From assembly GCF_000315625.1 (NCBI RefSeq), contig NW_005434573.1, positions 154,408-218,407 of the forward strand: a stretch of DNA of 64,000 bases, given 5' to 3'. Of this stretch, positions 12,871-26,003 are shown piece by piece; within the stretch, counting starts at the first letter, position 1, and each line of letters opens with the position of its first letter. This stretch comes from Guillardia theta CCMP2712 (lineage: Eukaryota > Protista > Cryptophyta). Both the position numbers and the translations under genes were made by a program. Under the pieces are notes generated by a model. That model saw only the letters and a list, made by a program, of their open reading frames with translations. It had not been told where the DNA came from and ran no database searches.

Positions 12871-14467
12871 TTCTTGCTCGTCCAGGGAGAGGGGGCTTGG
12901 GGAATGAGAAATGGGTGTTACCCCCACCCCCTATTGTAGAGTTTCAAACTCGTTCAAAGGTGGGTAGTTGAGGGTGCTCCATACCCACCCCACCACCCAA
13001 AATGACTCAAACGGAGGGGTTCTCGGATCCGAAGGAGTCCCGCCTCCATCACCCCCTCTCATTTGAATTCAAGATGGTTCAGGCCGACCCCACATACAGG
13101 CTTGCAGTTTTCTTATGTATGCCCATATGATTTGATCGGACAGGCCCCAGGTTCAAGGGATGAAGCAATTCACCAGCATGCTTGAAGATTTTTCATTGGA
13201 GTGGGGTCATACTTGTACCGGATGTGTACAATACATAGGGGAGAACCCCGAATGGTACCAAAAGAGTACCAAAGTCACATGGTTCGGACTGTACTAACTG
13301 GTACCAAGAAATTGTACTCAAGAAGACCCTACCCCTGAAAAAGTTCTGCTTGGCTCTTCGTGATTTGAATTCGGAACACGGTCGGAAGACCCACCCCGCC
13401 CCCACATGAAGCGTGGTATGCGTGGATTTGAATCTACCACCCTCACCGCGAAACGTTTTAGAGCTCCAAGGTCAATTGAGAAAGGCAACGCTATGGCGGG
13501 CCCCCGGGCCCGGCCGCGGGGGGGAGCCGGCCCGGGGGCGCCGGGCGGGCCGGGCCGCCCGGCAGCCGCGCGGCCGCGAGGCCCAAGTCGCCGCCAACGC
13601 GGCCAACTTGAACGGCCAGCGCCGGATCATCCGACCGTCGGACGGGCGGCCGGTCACGGCGTACGGTCACGGGCACGGTCAGGGTGACGCCAGTCACGGG
13701 GGCCACCGTGCGCGAGTCCGACGCTGCGGCAGGCTTCGTTCAACCGAACTCCGAAGCCGCAGTCTGCGGCTCACGAGTCAGTTGCCTTGCTTCGAAACTT
13801 CCGGGCCGGGTGCCCGGCCAGTGCCTGACGCCGGGACTCACCGTACCGGGCACTCAGTGGCACCCGGCCCGGCCGGCGGCGGGTGACTGTCACTGCCAGT
13901 AGCAAGGCTCGCGACAGTGCCCGGCCGGCGGCGGCCGGGCGGCCCGGTGACGGTTGGAACTTATAAGTTGAACCGTTGTCAAAGCAGCCGCGGTAGGGTA
14001 GTGACCCGGTACGGTACCCGCAGGTACCGGCGGGCCGTACGGTAGTACCAAGTATATTAACGGCGCGGCGTCAACTTTGAGCCGCTAGTCACTTGAAAGA
14101 CGGTCGTGGCTGGGGACCGGTCACGGTCCGTCGTGGCGGCTCCCGGCGGCCCAGTCCGACGGTCGGCACTGCTCACCTCTGAGCTGCCACTCACCGGCCG
14201 GGCGGTCACCAGTGGCACGGTACCGCGGGCCGCGGGCGCAGACCGTATTGGCATACTGAGGCTTCTTTACTCAAAGTTAAGTTACTTACTACTATGATAG
14301 GCAGGCTCAAGTTTCAAGTACTACCGTTCCGCCGGAGGCCCCGCTGCTTCCGAGGGTCGCCGCGTCCTGCAGTACCGGTATTCATGACTGCTTGTAAGCA
14401 CTACCGGTACAGGTGATCTATCTTTTTAGCTACCTGAAGCCCCGATTTAGACTCTGCAGCCGCCAAA

Positions 14468-15264
14468 ATGGTGAGTGTTGGGCAATCATGCAGATGATGC
14501 GTCAGTCAGTGTGAAGGAGCCGAGAAGAACATGATGGGTAGGATTGAGTGGAAGCTGAGAAGATCATGTAGTCATGCTGATTGAGCTCCGAGGCTCTGTG
14601 GCCATGATGACTGGATGATGAGAGTTACCTTGAAGGATCGGACAGGCTAAGCCAGCTCCTCTCGCCTCTGACCGTACCAAAAGAAGTCGGGACTTAGCTG
14701 GGGTGAGATGGACCGGTTACTCACAAACTCGAGAGCGTTGAGGGATAAGACAGCACTGGCAGACGTGTGGTAGAGTCAAGGGGCAAGGGAGAATCTAGAG
14801 AGTATCTGCTCAAGGTTGTTCAAGCGATCTAACTCGTTTTTTTCGTTTGCAGTTCCAGGTGCGCTCTTGGAAGAAGATAGAGGAGGGGGAGGAGGAGGGG
14901 GGGGAGGAGGAGGAGGTATTATAGAATGACTTCAAACATCTGAGCCTTGTCTTGTTAGGACATCCGTAACTTGTCTCAGCTCGTGCACTCCCCGGACGGA
15001 GGGTACTACTTGTACTCCAACTCCCTTAACCAGATGTTTGTGCACGTCCCCCTCACCCCGACTCCCTACTGGTCGGAGATGTCTGCGGTGAGTCTCGGCT
15101 CCCTCTCTGCTGCTCCTCCATGTGACGAGCAGCGACAGGCCAACATCCCTCTGGCTTCTACCCCCAACGATGGCACCTACCACTCCTACTACGGCTCCGA
15201 GCACGAAGCTGGCTTCGTCAGCGGAACTGGTGGCTTCAATGTCGGCATGGTGAACGGCCAGTAA
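14468..15264 (+). CDS. Small (~104 aa) hypothetical protein with an ATG-only first exon and a 6-nt microexon
   Basis: Exons 14468-14470 (ATG|gtgagt), 14853-14858 (tttgcag|TTCCAG|gtgcgc) and 14959-15264 (ttgttag|GAC..) splice in frame to give MFQDIRNLSQLVHSPDGGYYLY...NGQ*. Confidence 0.65.
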
Positions 15265-15899
15265 ACGGTGAATTGAGCTGATATCGAATATGAGTACAAG
15301 TATTTGTTTTCAAGCGTGTCTGTGCATTACTCGTGTTCATCATAAGTTCATTCATTGTAACTTTCAGAACTCTCTTCTATTTTGCTGAGATTCGGACATT
15401 TCCGGCGGTAGTCCGAAAGTCACATCTGATAAACGTTGTAGTCATCCGTTCCACGGATTCACGTCAGCTCCCTGAGTCAATGACTGTGCTGGCGGCATTG
15501 CTCGCGTGTCGGACGACTCTGTACAGCCTGAGAAGTTCCGAAGTTCAATCAGTCTCACCTGCCGCGCGGCCAGCTGCTGCCATCAGGGTCACGCCGGAGG
15601 ATCGAGTCACTCGGAGCCTGTACGGTAGTGTTACTGATTAGCCCCGGGAGCATGCCGGCGGCTCCAGCCTGACCGTACTCAGAGATGGTCCGGACTGTCC
15701 AAGAGCCGTTACTCGACCGTTACTACTGTTAAATGAGGCCAGGGGGGCGGAGGATACAAACTTAGATGAGGATCGAGATGGTCGCAGGGAGGGAGTAGGT
15801 CCCAGAGAAGGTCCCCAGGAGCGGGAAGAGCCGGCATGCGATCGCTGTAGACGAGCATCAAGCGTACAGTCTTGAGCTGTCATCGCCTTCCTGCTAGCC

Positions 15900-18330
15900 A
15901 TGGAGAGATTCTCAAGCTTCACCCCTGACTCGCGCTACTCGGGGACGTCCATGAGCTCGCTGGCGAAGAGGTAGCATGCTTTTGCTGGTGACCTGAGCGT
16001 CTGAGACATGGCAGCATCACCGGCATATCGAGGTACTCCAAGAACTTGGAGAGCGAGAAGGAATGGCTGCGGAGGAGGTGTGGCGAGGGAGGGCCACAGG
16101 TTTCTGGCTCTGACCTGATGGTGTACAGGTTGAACGAGGGGACGCCGAGGCGTTCCTTTCGCTCCAGCTTGACAAGTCACTCCCAACCTCAGGCGCAGAG
16201 AGCTGCAGGAGCAGCGACAGACCTCGACGAGGTCAGAACCTCCCTGCTCTTTGAGCTGAACCACCTCCGACCCACCGCTCGTGATATCCCGCATGACGCT
16301 GTGGCGCCTCCGAGCTCTGAGGGGTCTGACACTGCGCATGCCCCGACTGATGGAGTAGAGAGCGACGAGGGACGAGGAAGGGAATGCTCGGCTGAGGGAT
16401 CTCCTCCTTGCCCCATGAGCAGCACTGCTGAGGCCGAGCACAAGGCTGAGATCAATGGCTCGCTAAGAGGCGCTATCGTAGGCTCTGAACCATCTAGAGA
16501 GGAGCAGGAAGAGAGGTCCGATCAGTCGTCCTATGGCGCATCGCCCAGCAGCAGAAGGGCTGGCAGCCAGGTGGAGTTGTCAGAGAGTTACCTGCTGAAG
16601 CTGCTGGCGTTTAAAGAGGATGAGATAGAGTTGCTGCAGGGAGAGAACCAGAGGCTGCAGGAGTCGTTTGTTCAGTCGCAATCTCACGTCAAACAGCTGC
16701 GGCTGGAGCAGGTAGCTCATAAGAGCGAGTTCGAACTTCAGTTGGACATGGCAGGACGCAAGGTCCAAGAATTGGTGAGGCAGGAGGAGGAGCTGCGCAG
16801 AGAGCTAGAGGCGGCACAAGTGAGGATCGCAGAGCTCAAGGAGACACAGGATGACTACAAGAGGTTCGTTAGCAACTTCGAGAAGAAGAGCGAGAACCAA
16901 GATCGAGAGCGGCAGGAGGTGTCGAGGAAGCTGGACAAGAAGACGGTGCAGTTTGAAGACGTTCTGAAGCAGAACTTGCTGCTGCAGAAGCAAGAGGCCA
17001 GGCTCAAGAGCCGCCTGGTTGAAGTCGAGGGCTCCTTGCTGCAGGAGAACACCAAGTCAAACAACCTGAGGCTTGAGCTGGAGAAGCAGAAGAACGAGTT
17101 GGAGGGCGAGAACAGGAAGTTGAGTCATCACAGCAAGATGCTCGAGAGAAGGCTGAGCTCTCTCAGCATCGAGAACCAACGGTTGCAGACAGGCATGAAG
17201 CAAACCTTGTCGCAGTTGGTGGACGAGGTGCAGGTAGACGTGTTCGAGCTGAATGAGATGATGATTCACTACGACGCTCTCGCGAAGCGATGCAGATACC
17301 TTGAGGTCGGATTATCCTCCCCCTCCTTCCCCCCCTCCACTTCCCTTTGCTCTCCTTTCATCATCCTCCTGCTTGTCTTTGACCTTGCAGACAGGCGTAC
17401 ATGGAGTCTGAAATGAAGATGAAAGAGAGCATGATCAGTCAACACCGAGCCGAGCAGAACAAGTCTCATGCGGAGATCGCAGACCTGGAGAGGAGGCTGG
17501 AGGCTGCTGAGCTCGACCTGCTCAAGGCGAGGGATCAGATCAGCACCATGAGAGAAGAGAGCAAGATGCTTGTATCTGCCGCGGAGAAGCGATCCCACGT
17601 CCTCAGGTCAGCCCGTCACCAGCTCGCACTCTACTCACCTCTTCTTTACCAGCGAGGAGGTGGAGCTGCACAGAGATATCGGGAGAGAGAGAGAGCGCAA
17701 ATTGTCGGAGATGCTCGCCGAGGTTGCTCCTCTTGCCTCTGATGACCCTGACGCTTCACTTGCAGGTCAGAAAGTCTGCGGAGAAAGAAATCTCAGCGCT
17801 GCGCAACGACAAGTTCTCGTTGGAGACAACCGTACATGATCTGAGGGAGACGGTGAGCCCGCGGCCTTGTGCTCTTGTCGGCGCCTGATCAGATGCAGAT
17901 GGAGGAGGAGAGGGAGCGGAGAGCAGCAGCAGAAGAGAGGCTAAACCTCGCAAGGAGGGAGCGGAGGAAAGAAGTTCGAGAGATGGAGGTCAGTGTAAGT
18001 TTCTCATACTTGCAGCTGCTAAGCCCGCGGGCCAGGTGCTGCTGTCGAGATCCCTTCAGGCCCTGACCCCCCAGCTGGATGAGATCGACGCGCAGGTCTG
18101 TCGCGCCATTGCCAGAGGAGCAGCTGACTGCGAGCAGATCGGGAAGTGCGGGTCAGACCTGGAGCAGGGGACGTGGCCGATCAATCTCTTCCTGCTCTAC
18201 CTCAACATGAAGGACCTCGATGAGATCTCGCAGAAGTTGCTCAGCGTCTTGCTCGAGGTCCTTCTCTTCTCCTTGACACGCTCACTTGTGATGTCGCTGC
18301 CTGCAGGTGCTGACAGCGGCGACGGCGTAG
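15900..18330 (+). CDS. Long coiled-coil protein, unknown function (multi-exon)
   Basis: 456-aa E/K/Q/L-rich heptad ORF (16046-17416) plus flanking exons with GT-AG junctions. Confidence 0.7.
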
Positions 18331-18473
18331 AAGCTAGACAGACGAGATACCGAGATGATACTACGATGCGGATGTGGATTAACGATATTCAAGGAGACGA
18401 GAAGAAAGCAGCAAATAGACGGAACAGGGCAGGAGATGAACAGGAGCAGAAATCTTCTTTACCCCAACAAAGC

Positions 18474-18551
18474 GATAATGATATAAGGTCAAGTGAATAA
18501 GTATGAAGATTCAAAGTGATAATGATATGAGGTCAAGTGAATAAGTATGAA
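18474..18551. repeat. ~34-bp direct repeat x2 (gataatgatata/gaggtcaagtgaataagtatgaa), with a partial third copy near 18771
   Basis: Visible in sequence. Confidence 0.8.
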
Positions 18552-18826
18552 TATTCTATTGTGCTACATGTCTCTACCAGCACGACCAGATTTTCTGAAA
18601 CGGCCTTGAATCACACATGGGTCTGGTTATACTTCAACCTGTTCTTCATGGAAAGGATCAAGTACGAGTCAGACACAAGAAAAATATTGGCGTGTCGGTC
18701 TTCAATGATCCATAATTTCGACGGAAAACTTAGAATTTTGAAATATCATGTTTTGTGTCGTTTAGCTAATTTAAGGTCAAATGAATAAACAAAAGTTCAA
18801 GTTCTCGCGTCAGAGTCGAGGAGTTT

Positions 18827-19838
18827 TCAATATCTGTCGTCCCACATTTGAATTTGAGAGTGACTTCCTCGTCCAATGTGAGCCTTGATTTGAAAGATAC
18901 AGTCGGCCCTCCCCGCGCCTTCACACTGAGTGAGCAACTGTTGAGTTGGTTTTTTCCTACTGCTCTTTGTCCTGATCCTTGTTCCCTTGCTTGTCGTGCA
19001 TGCCGTCGCTTGCTTGGTTGGAGTAGCGGTTTTTGCTGCCTCCTCCGTTTCCAAGTATTTTGTTGAGGCGCCCCGGATTGTCGGGTTTCTCCTCGTCCTC
19101 CTTGGTTTGCTCCGGTTTTCCTTTTCTTATTCAGTCATCAAAAGAAAGATATGAGGGTTTTATGGATGTCCTTCTGAATAGCGTAGCTTATAGTGTGCCC
19201 ACTTTACAGCGTAGACTAGTGTGCCGGGCTCACGATGTACGATCTGGGTCTTCGATTTACACTGTCACAGTACTGAGGTTTTGCGGTTCAAGTCCAACAC
19301 ACGCTTTCCGAAGAGCAACTCACTAGAACCTGCATGGCTTGACACACTGATTCTCAAACAGCAGCGACGTTTGCCCGTTGGAACTTCCGCTTTACAGCTG
19401 CTTTTCTTTAACCTGTGTATGTGTGAAAAGTGCTGCACATGTAACCATGTGTTCAAGTACGCGATGTCATTCAGAATCTCAGAGCCATTGTCCTCATTGA
19501 GCACACAACAGGGAAGCATTCATCATCAAAATCTTGCCACAACCCCGTCAAGAAGAAGCTCGTTCAACTATCCGATGCAGCCGCTCCTCTACCTCCTGCT
19601 CCCACCCCTCCTCGCATGCCTCCCATAGTTGTCGCTCCTTCAGCATCCTCGCGTTCTCACGCACGTCAAAGGACCCCAACCCTCTCATCGCTTCTGCTGC
19701 CCCGACGTCATCGCATAGTCCAGACACTTGACTAGCAGGCAGATCAGCGAGAAGAGAGACGAAGAGACAGACCTGAGTTGGTCCAGAGCCTTCACTGCAA
19801 GAACAAGAGCCTCGTGCGGTGAGTACGCATCCTGTATA

Positions 19839-19902
<64 letters not shown>

Positions 19903-20472
19903 TCCATCATCTCCATCATCATCTCCATCATCTCCATCATCATCTCCATCATCATCATCATCGTCGTCATCGTCGTCATCATCATCATCTCCATCAAAAT
20001 TTACGTATCATTGCAGCTCATCAGGTGTCCTCACATCATGGTGATGGTAGATAGCTGCAGCAAGCAGCTCAACAGTCTTTTTATGCGCCACCAGCTTGCA
20101 GTTCTCTTCTCTGCTCAGCAACGTCTCATCGACTTGCTCGTGCCATCTTCCGCACCTTCACTCACCTCGACAACATGGCGCTGATGCTCTGCAGCGGAGT
20201 GTGCATCTGCCACACCAGCCCGAACAGGTTCGCTTCCTTCTGCTGCTGTGGTCACCGACACCAACCACAGGCAACTCCTGCACCAGCGACGCCTCTAGCA
20301 TGTCCAGCAGGCAGTCCAGCAGGCAGGGCTTGTCTGGCAGAGAAGTCCACCAGCCTGGCAGCTCCTCCAGCTCATGATCACGAAACATCTCGCACAGGAC
20401 CTGGAAGGACCGCAAGCAGACGAACTGACATGAGGATCAGGACGAGGGACGAGGGTGCAAGAGAAGGACCAA

Positions 20473-20529
<57 letters not shown>

Positions 20530-21289
20530 GAGGAGGAGGTACCTTGTTGTCTCGGTAACTCTCGGCAAGGGGAGCGAGCAGCTGAGGGATGCCCTCCTCC
20601 ATCATCGCCCGGTGAGAGCTGCGGTTAGTGCTCAGGATCGCTAGCAGATGGATCTCGTTCTTAGCCCCCGCCAGGTCCCCTCGCTCTTCGGCTATTCTCA
20701 GAGACTTGGCGACCAGCGGGACGGCACCAGCGGCTATGAGGGCAGCGATCAAGGGCTTCATGCCGTAGCACATCTCGATCAGACACGTCAAGACGCATCG
20801 CCGATCCTGGGAGCAGCCATACTCCATGGTCCGCGCCAGCAACTCCAGCAGCGTCTTATGACACTCGTGCGTGACCGCGTCCAGCTTGCGGAGGGAGAAG
20901 CCAATGAAGTAGATGAGGGAGAGGAAGCCCTCGAGGACGTCAATGGCCTGCTGGTCTGAGTGGTACGACTGCAGGAGACGGTCGAGGTCTCGCTTGACAT
21001 GTCTCAGGCTGTAGGTTCTTGCAAGCGTGCTCGCGAGGTCGTAGGAGTTCACTCGGATCATCACGTCCTTCCCTGTATTCACCCCTCGCAGAATCTTAAC
21101 GACCTCCTCCTGCGACAGGTCCAAGATGTCCACAGCACCGAAGCGACGCCGCGAGAGCTTGCCGCACTCGCGGGGAAGTTCGACCAGCAGAGCAGGAGAA
21201 GTAGGACGAGGCAACCAGATCTCTCGATCGTTGTGATAGGGTCCCAGGCGAAGCTTCGACCTGCCTTTGAAGCCATTGCTGCTCGTCAT
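18827..21289 (-). CDS. Armadillo/helical-repeat-like protein (multi-exon)
   Basis: 316-aa ORF with ARM-like segments (LIAAGAVPLVAKSL, MMEEGIPQLLAPL) and downstream exons. 3' end uncertain. Confidence 0.55.
19839..19995. repeat. (CAT)n microsatellite with CTC/CGT variants, intronic
   Basis: ~50 triplets. Confidence 0.97.
20474..20538. repeat. (GACGAG)n hexamer microsatellite, intronic
   Basis: Visible tandem hexamers. Confidence 0.95.
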
Positions 21290-22998
21290 CTCGACCACCT
21301 CTGGAAATACCCTCCACTCACTGACCAACAGGAGACAGCAACAAGTGTCAGGATATCGAAGCTGCCGCGATTCTTTGCCTGCAGTTCTCAGCAGCAGTCA
21401 CTCCAGGGAGCCGAGGAGCATCCGGAAGCTCGAAGCATCGTCGGGGAATGGTAAGTCGGTGATCATGGAGGGAAAGATCATGCACAGAGAAGGGACTCAT
21501 CTGTCCTCTACTCGCTCTCATCTCCTTCCTCTCTCCTCTCCTTCTTCCTCTCCCTCACTTCCAACATGTCACGCCGCCTCCCTACCTCCATGTCATGTTT
21601 CCTTGTCGCCCGAAGACTCTTCAGGCGAGTCCGCCTCACCGAAGGGACCTGGATGATGAGGGTGGGGGTGGTGAATGTACTGGGGGGGGCGGTGAGGACC
21701 CTACCCGTGTAAGCAGGGGTACTTTCATCTAGGTATGAGGGTAGGGGTGAAGTCAGCATTGGGAGGCCATCAGTCGTGTTGTCATCAGCCAACAAGAACA
21801 AGACTACCCTACCCCCTCGGATGTTCATTCTATATCTCCACCCCCCAGAGGTAACCCCTTATTGCTCTGCATTACCCAGCTTATTTGAGGCTAAAAGGTG
21901 GGTGATAGTAGCGGTATTTTCATCCCCACCCCTTCATACATCACCCCCACCCCCTGAGATGAGGCTGCTGATTCCCAAGGTGCTGTCGAACAGGCGCATC
22001 GTGCGAAAGCAAAGTTAATGAATTAGAGGGGGTAGGGGTACCAATATTGTTCATAAATGGTGGGTTAAAAACATAGATAAGGTAGGGTGATATTTCTGAT
22101 AGCATGGGTGGGGGTAGTGGGGTAAGGAAGGAGAAAACCCGATTAGAACCTGAGGAGGGAGAAGGACGAGGGAGGAGGGAGAAGGACGGGGAGGGAGGAG
22201 GGAGAAGGACGAGGGAGGAGGGAGGAGGACGAGGAAGGAGGGAGGAGGACGAGGAAGGAGGGAGGAGGACGAGGGAGGAGTGGTGGTGGTGGAGGTGAAA
22301 GTGGTGGTGGTGACGGGAGGAGTTGTCAGGAGGGATTCAAAGGAATCCACGAGACTTGGAGAGCAGAATGAAGTAGCCGTCCGTACAGCATGAGGATCCT
22401 GAGTACGAGAGACACGAATCGAATCGAAAGCAGTGAGTGTCTGTATCCATGGAGAGTGGTCCCTCCATGCAGTCAGTCAGAATGATGTCATAGCTTGATG
22501 CTTGCAAGCAATTGCTCGAATGGCGATTCTTGTGTTCTTGTCCGAGTCGATGATCTATTATGCACAGATTGATTGAACACTCGACTGTTGAAAACAACCC
22601 CTCGTCTCCGCGTTTCGCGAGCATCCCCTGACTAAAACCATCATGTTCTCTGCTATTCGTCACTTCGTGATGTCTCCCATCAAGGCGCAAGCTCTTCTAC
22701 AGCATGTCCCGCTCAACCAGGCGCCAACTCCTCCTCCATTCCAATATCGCGGTCGCTTCCTCTTGTAAGGGACCTTGACAAGACCTGAGTCAAAGCTGAT
22801 GGTCTGCGTGTGAATTATTGATGTACATAAACACTTCTCGATCTAAATTTCCTCCTCTTCTCATTTCCCATCCCCTTCTCCTCTCTCTCGCTCTCTCTCT
22901 CTCGCTCTCGCTCTCCTCTCCACTCGCCTCAACGTCTTTTCTGGATTTTTTCACTCTTCCACTCCTCTCCTGGCTAACTCTCCTCCACTCAACTTACT

Positions 22999-25341
22999 TT
23001 ATCTGCTCCTGGCTCCTTCTACAGCCTTGAACGCACAGAGTCGGCTCGCATCTGCCTGAAGCCCTTGGACCTGTCGCCGCACCAACATACTCATTTCGTG
23101 CACACAGCATTGCTGACCATCACCTGTCCTCCTGCGCAGCCGCCAAGAAGGCCTGTCGAGCATGTCAAGCAGCAGCACGGGGCAGAGACGCTTCTCACCT
23201 CCTCGTCTAAGATCGGGCCCAAGAGAGGAGCGAGAGATACAATCTGCAAGGAGAGGGTAAGGAGGGGAGGAGAGAACTAGAGGTTGACTTCGAAGGGAGG
23301 GCCCTGAGCCTCCAATGTCTCTGCCATGGTAGAGCAACTGCCGGACAGTCACCACAAGGAGGACAAGGAGGAGGGATGAGAAGAAGAGAAGAAGAGAAGA
23401 AGAGAAGAAGAGAAGGAGGAGAGAAGGGACGAGAGAACAAGAGGAACAGCGCAACGAGAGGAGCAGGAGACAATGGTGTCTCCTCTTGAGGTACCTGTCA
23501 GTCACCCATACTTTGTCGAACAAGCCGGTCGTGAAGGATTTCCAAGAGTTTTCTAGGGGGAAAGTGAGGAAAGAGAGGGGCAGCGGTACACCAACAATGA
23601 AAGACAAAGCTTTGAAAGACAAAGTGCAGGAGGTGGAGATAGAACAGCCATGGAGATCAACCCCAGCTGCAAAGGAAGAGGAGGAGGAGAGGAAGCGGGG
23701 AAGCAGGGGAGCGGGACAGGAAGAAGAGATAGGGGCATGAGAAGAAGGAGGTCACCTGTAAAGTTTGCATGTGTGACGTAGACATTGATGGAGACAGCGC
23801 CAAGGGATCGGAGTAGCTCGGCACACTGCAGGCTGTGAGAAGGGAGGACGAGAGGAAGGAGACGATACCTTGATCATGGTGCTTCCGGTGATGATGATGT
23901 CATCTATTAGCACCACCTGCCTTCCACGAGGATTGCCTTCCAACACTACGACTTTCTCGGCAGCTTTCATCATGCGCGTGCAGGTAACTTGATCGAACCC
24001 TGACTCTCGCCATCATCCGCTAGTCATTAAGCACAGGCCTGAGCCGACCTTGAAAGTGCTTGCCGAATCTTTTCGCCGTCTTCTCGTCCTGCAGAGATGT
24101 CAAAGACTTCTCTAACCTTCTCTCGAGCACACAGGAAAGGCAATCATCGGAGCGTTGGGGTCGGACTTCCGTCTGGCGTAGCAGATCTTGCTCAGTCGCT
24201 TCTTGTCTTCTTCTCGCAGCTGTACATGATGATGTTCAGAGCGAATCAATTTCAGCTCGACCGACTTGTCTAGTCATGAAGGCGTTCTTCAGTCTCGTGT
24301 ACTCTTCCTGAGTGTCAGGATCCCAAGGATAACTCGCACTGCTGTCGTCATGCACACTCGAGGTCGCGCTCTCCCAATCGCTCTTCGTCTCCCCGTTCTT
24401 CTTGGTCTCGCCGTGGCTCTCGACGACTCTCTCCTGCTTCCTGTGGTTGGAGTCTACGATCTCATCCAGTCGCAGCAGGATGAGTGGCCTAAAGTGAGGA
24501 GGGGAGACGTCAGGCCTGAGACGTCAGGAGGAGGAGGGAGTGACATGGAGGTCTCGAGCCGAGGGACGGTGTCATCGTCGAAGTAAAATCTCTCCTGCAT
24601 CAGAGTCACGAGCACAGGGCCCGACTGCCTCCCACCTGAAGGTGATGAATGTCGTAGACCACGAGCTCGGTGGGCCCGCTTTTGGCTTTTGGCATCGCTG
24701 ACAGCAGACGCGCGAGCGTGCGGGCTGTGGGTATCTCTCCCATCTTGCCACTTCCTCGTTCTCCTCCTTCGGTCTGCAGTGATGTGACGAGAGGAGAGGA
24801 GGAGGAGGACAGATCAGAGGACCTGCAGCGTGAGGGACGGAAAGAAAGGCATGAGGATCTTGAATACTGAGGCCCCAAACCTCGGCAGCTTCGACATAAC
24901 GGCGAACTGCTCGTAGATGCTGCTGGCTGCTCAGTCTTACAGCAGCAGGAGCAGCAAAGAAACCATTCGGGGTCGTCGAAACAGGCCAGGAAAACAACGA
25001 TGCTGCCTCGAACTTTATAGTAGTCGTCGATGTTTATCTTAGGAAACCCTCCCTGCGCTTGTCAGGGAGGTCAGGGTTGGAGAGCAAGCACCTCTGCCGG
25101 GGCTCTCCTCCATGTGATGTGGCAGGCTTGAACTGATTGCGCCTGAGCAAAGTCAATGACTTGTCGTCATGGAGGAGGAGAAGAACATGTTTCACTATCT
25201 TGTGCGCAAGGGAAGCCATCTGCGGCGCATAGAACAGGATGACCTGTCATGAGTGAACGCAAGTCAGGAGGGTTCAACAGGTTCGTCTCAGCGCGGCACC
25301 TTGGGCATGTCAACATCGTTCACGGCAATCATCTGCGCCAT
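22999..25341 (-). CDS. Ribose-phosphate pyrophosphokinase, class II (plant PRS3/4-like), divergent
   Basis: Exons encode VILFYAPQMASLA, KLPRFGASVFKILMPFFP, GEIPTARTLARLLSAMP..GPTELVVYDIHHLQ ERFYF, IAFPD..AKRF, EGNPRGRQVVLIDDIIITGST and FDKVWVTD. Confidence 0.85.
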
Positions 25342-26003
25342 TCTGCCCTCCTCCGCCTCTTATCTGCGAAGCATGTAAGAGGCAATCAAAATGATTCCAA
25401 TTCATCTCATCATCTTAGGTGTCAACATCTGATACAAGAGAAAACCTTTTCCTCTCACTCTCCCTTCATTTTCAGATTTCTCCTCTTCTTCCCTTCTCTT
25501 CTCCATCATTCCTATCTCGCATCATCTCCCGTCTAGTTCAACCCCCTTCCCCCGAAAAGATCCAATGTTCGCCTCCTGTCTCTGCTCTTCTTGAGCGTCT
25601 TCTCTTCGAGCGCCATATCCTTGTATCCTCCCTCTCTCCTCCTCCTCCTCCTCCTCCTCCTCCTCCAACCTCTCCCCCTCCTTCCCCCGTCCTCACTTCC
25701 GTCCCCTACACCATTCATTCATTCCCTTCCTCCTGAGGCGGGCGTGCCAACTGAGGATGCCCGGCGGGCCGCCGTGTCGGCTGAGCGGCCTAGCAAACAC
25801 TCCGACTCAGACGGTGACTGATCGGATGGGGGAGAAGGGAAACGGAAGCAACTGACTCGAATGAACAGAGAAGAACTCTGACTTCGGACTTAAACGTGAT
25901 CCGGGAGAGAAGAAACTCAGGCGGCAGCTTAACATTGTTCAATTAGCCATGATGACAGTATATCAACTCACTGTGTAATTAGATCCTATCTGTCCTATCA
26001 CCA

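Noticed and set aside
19548-20184. Poly-Met, poly-His and poly-Ile ORFs
   Set aside because: Translations of an intronic (CAT)n microsatellite.
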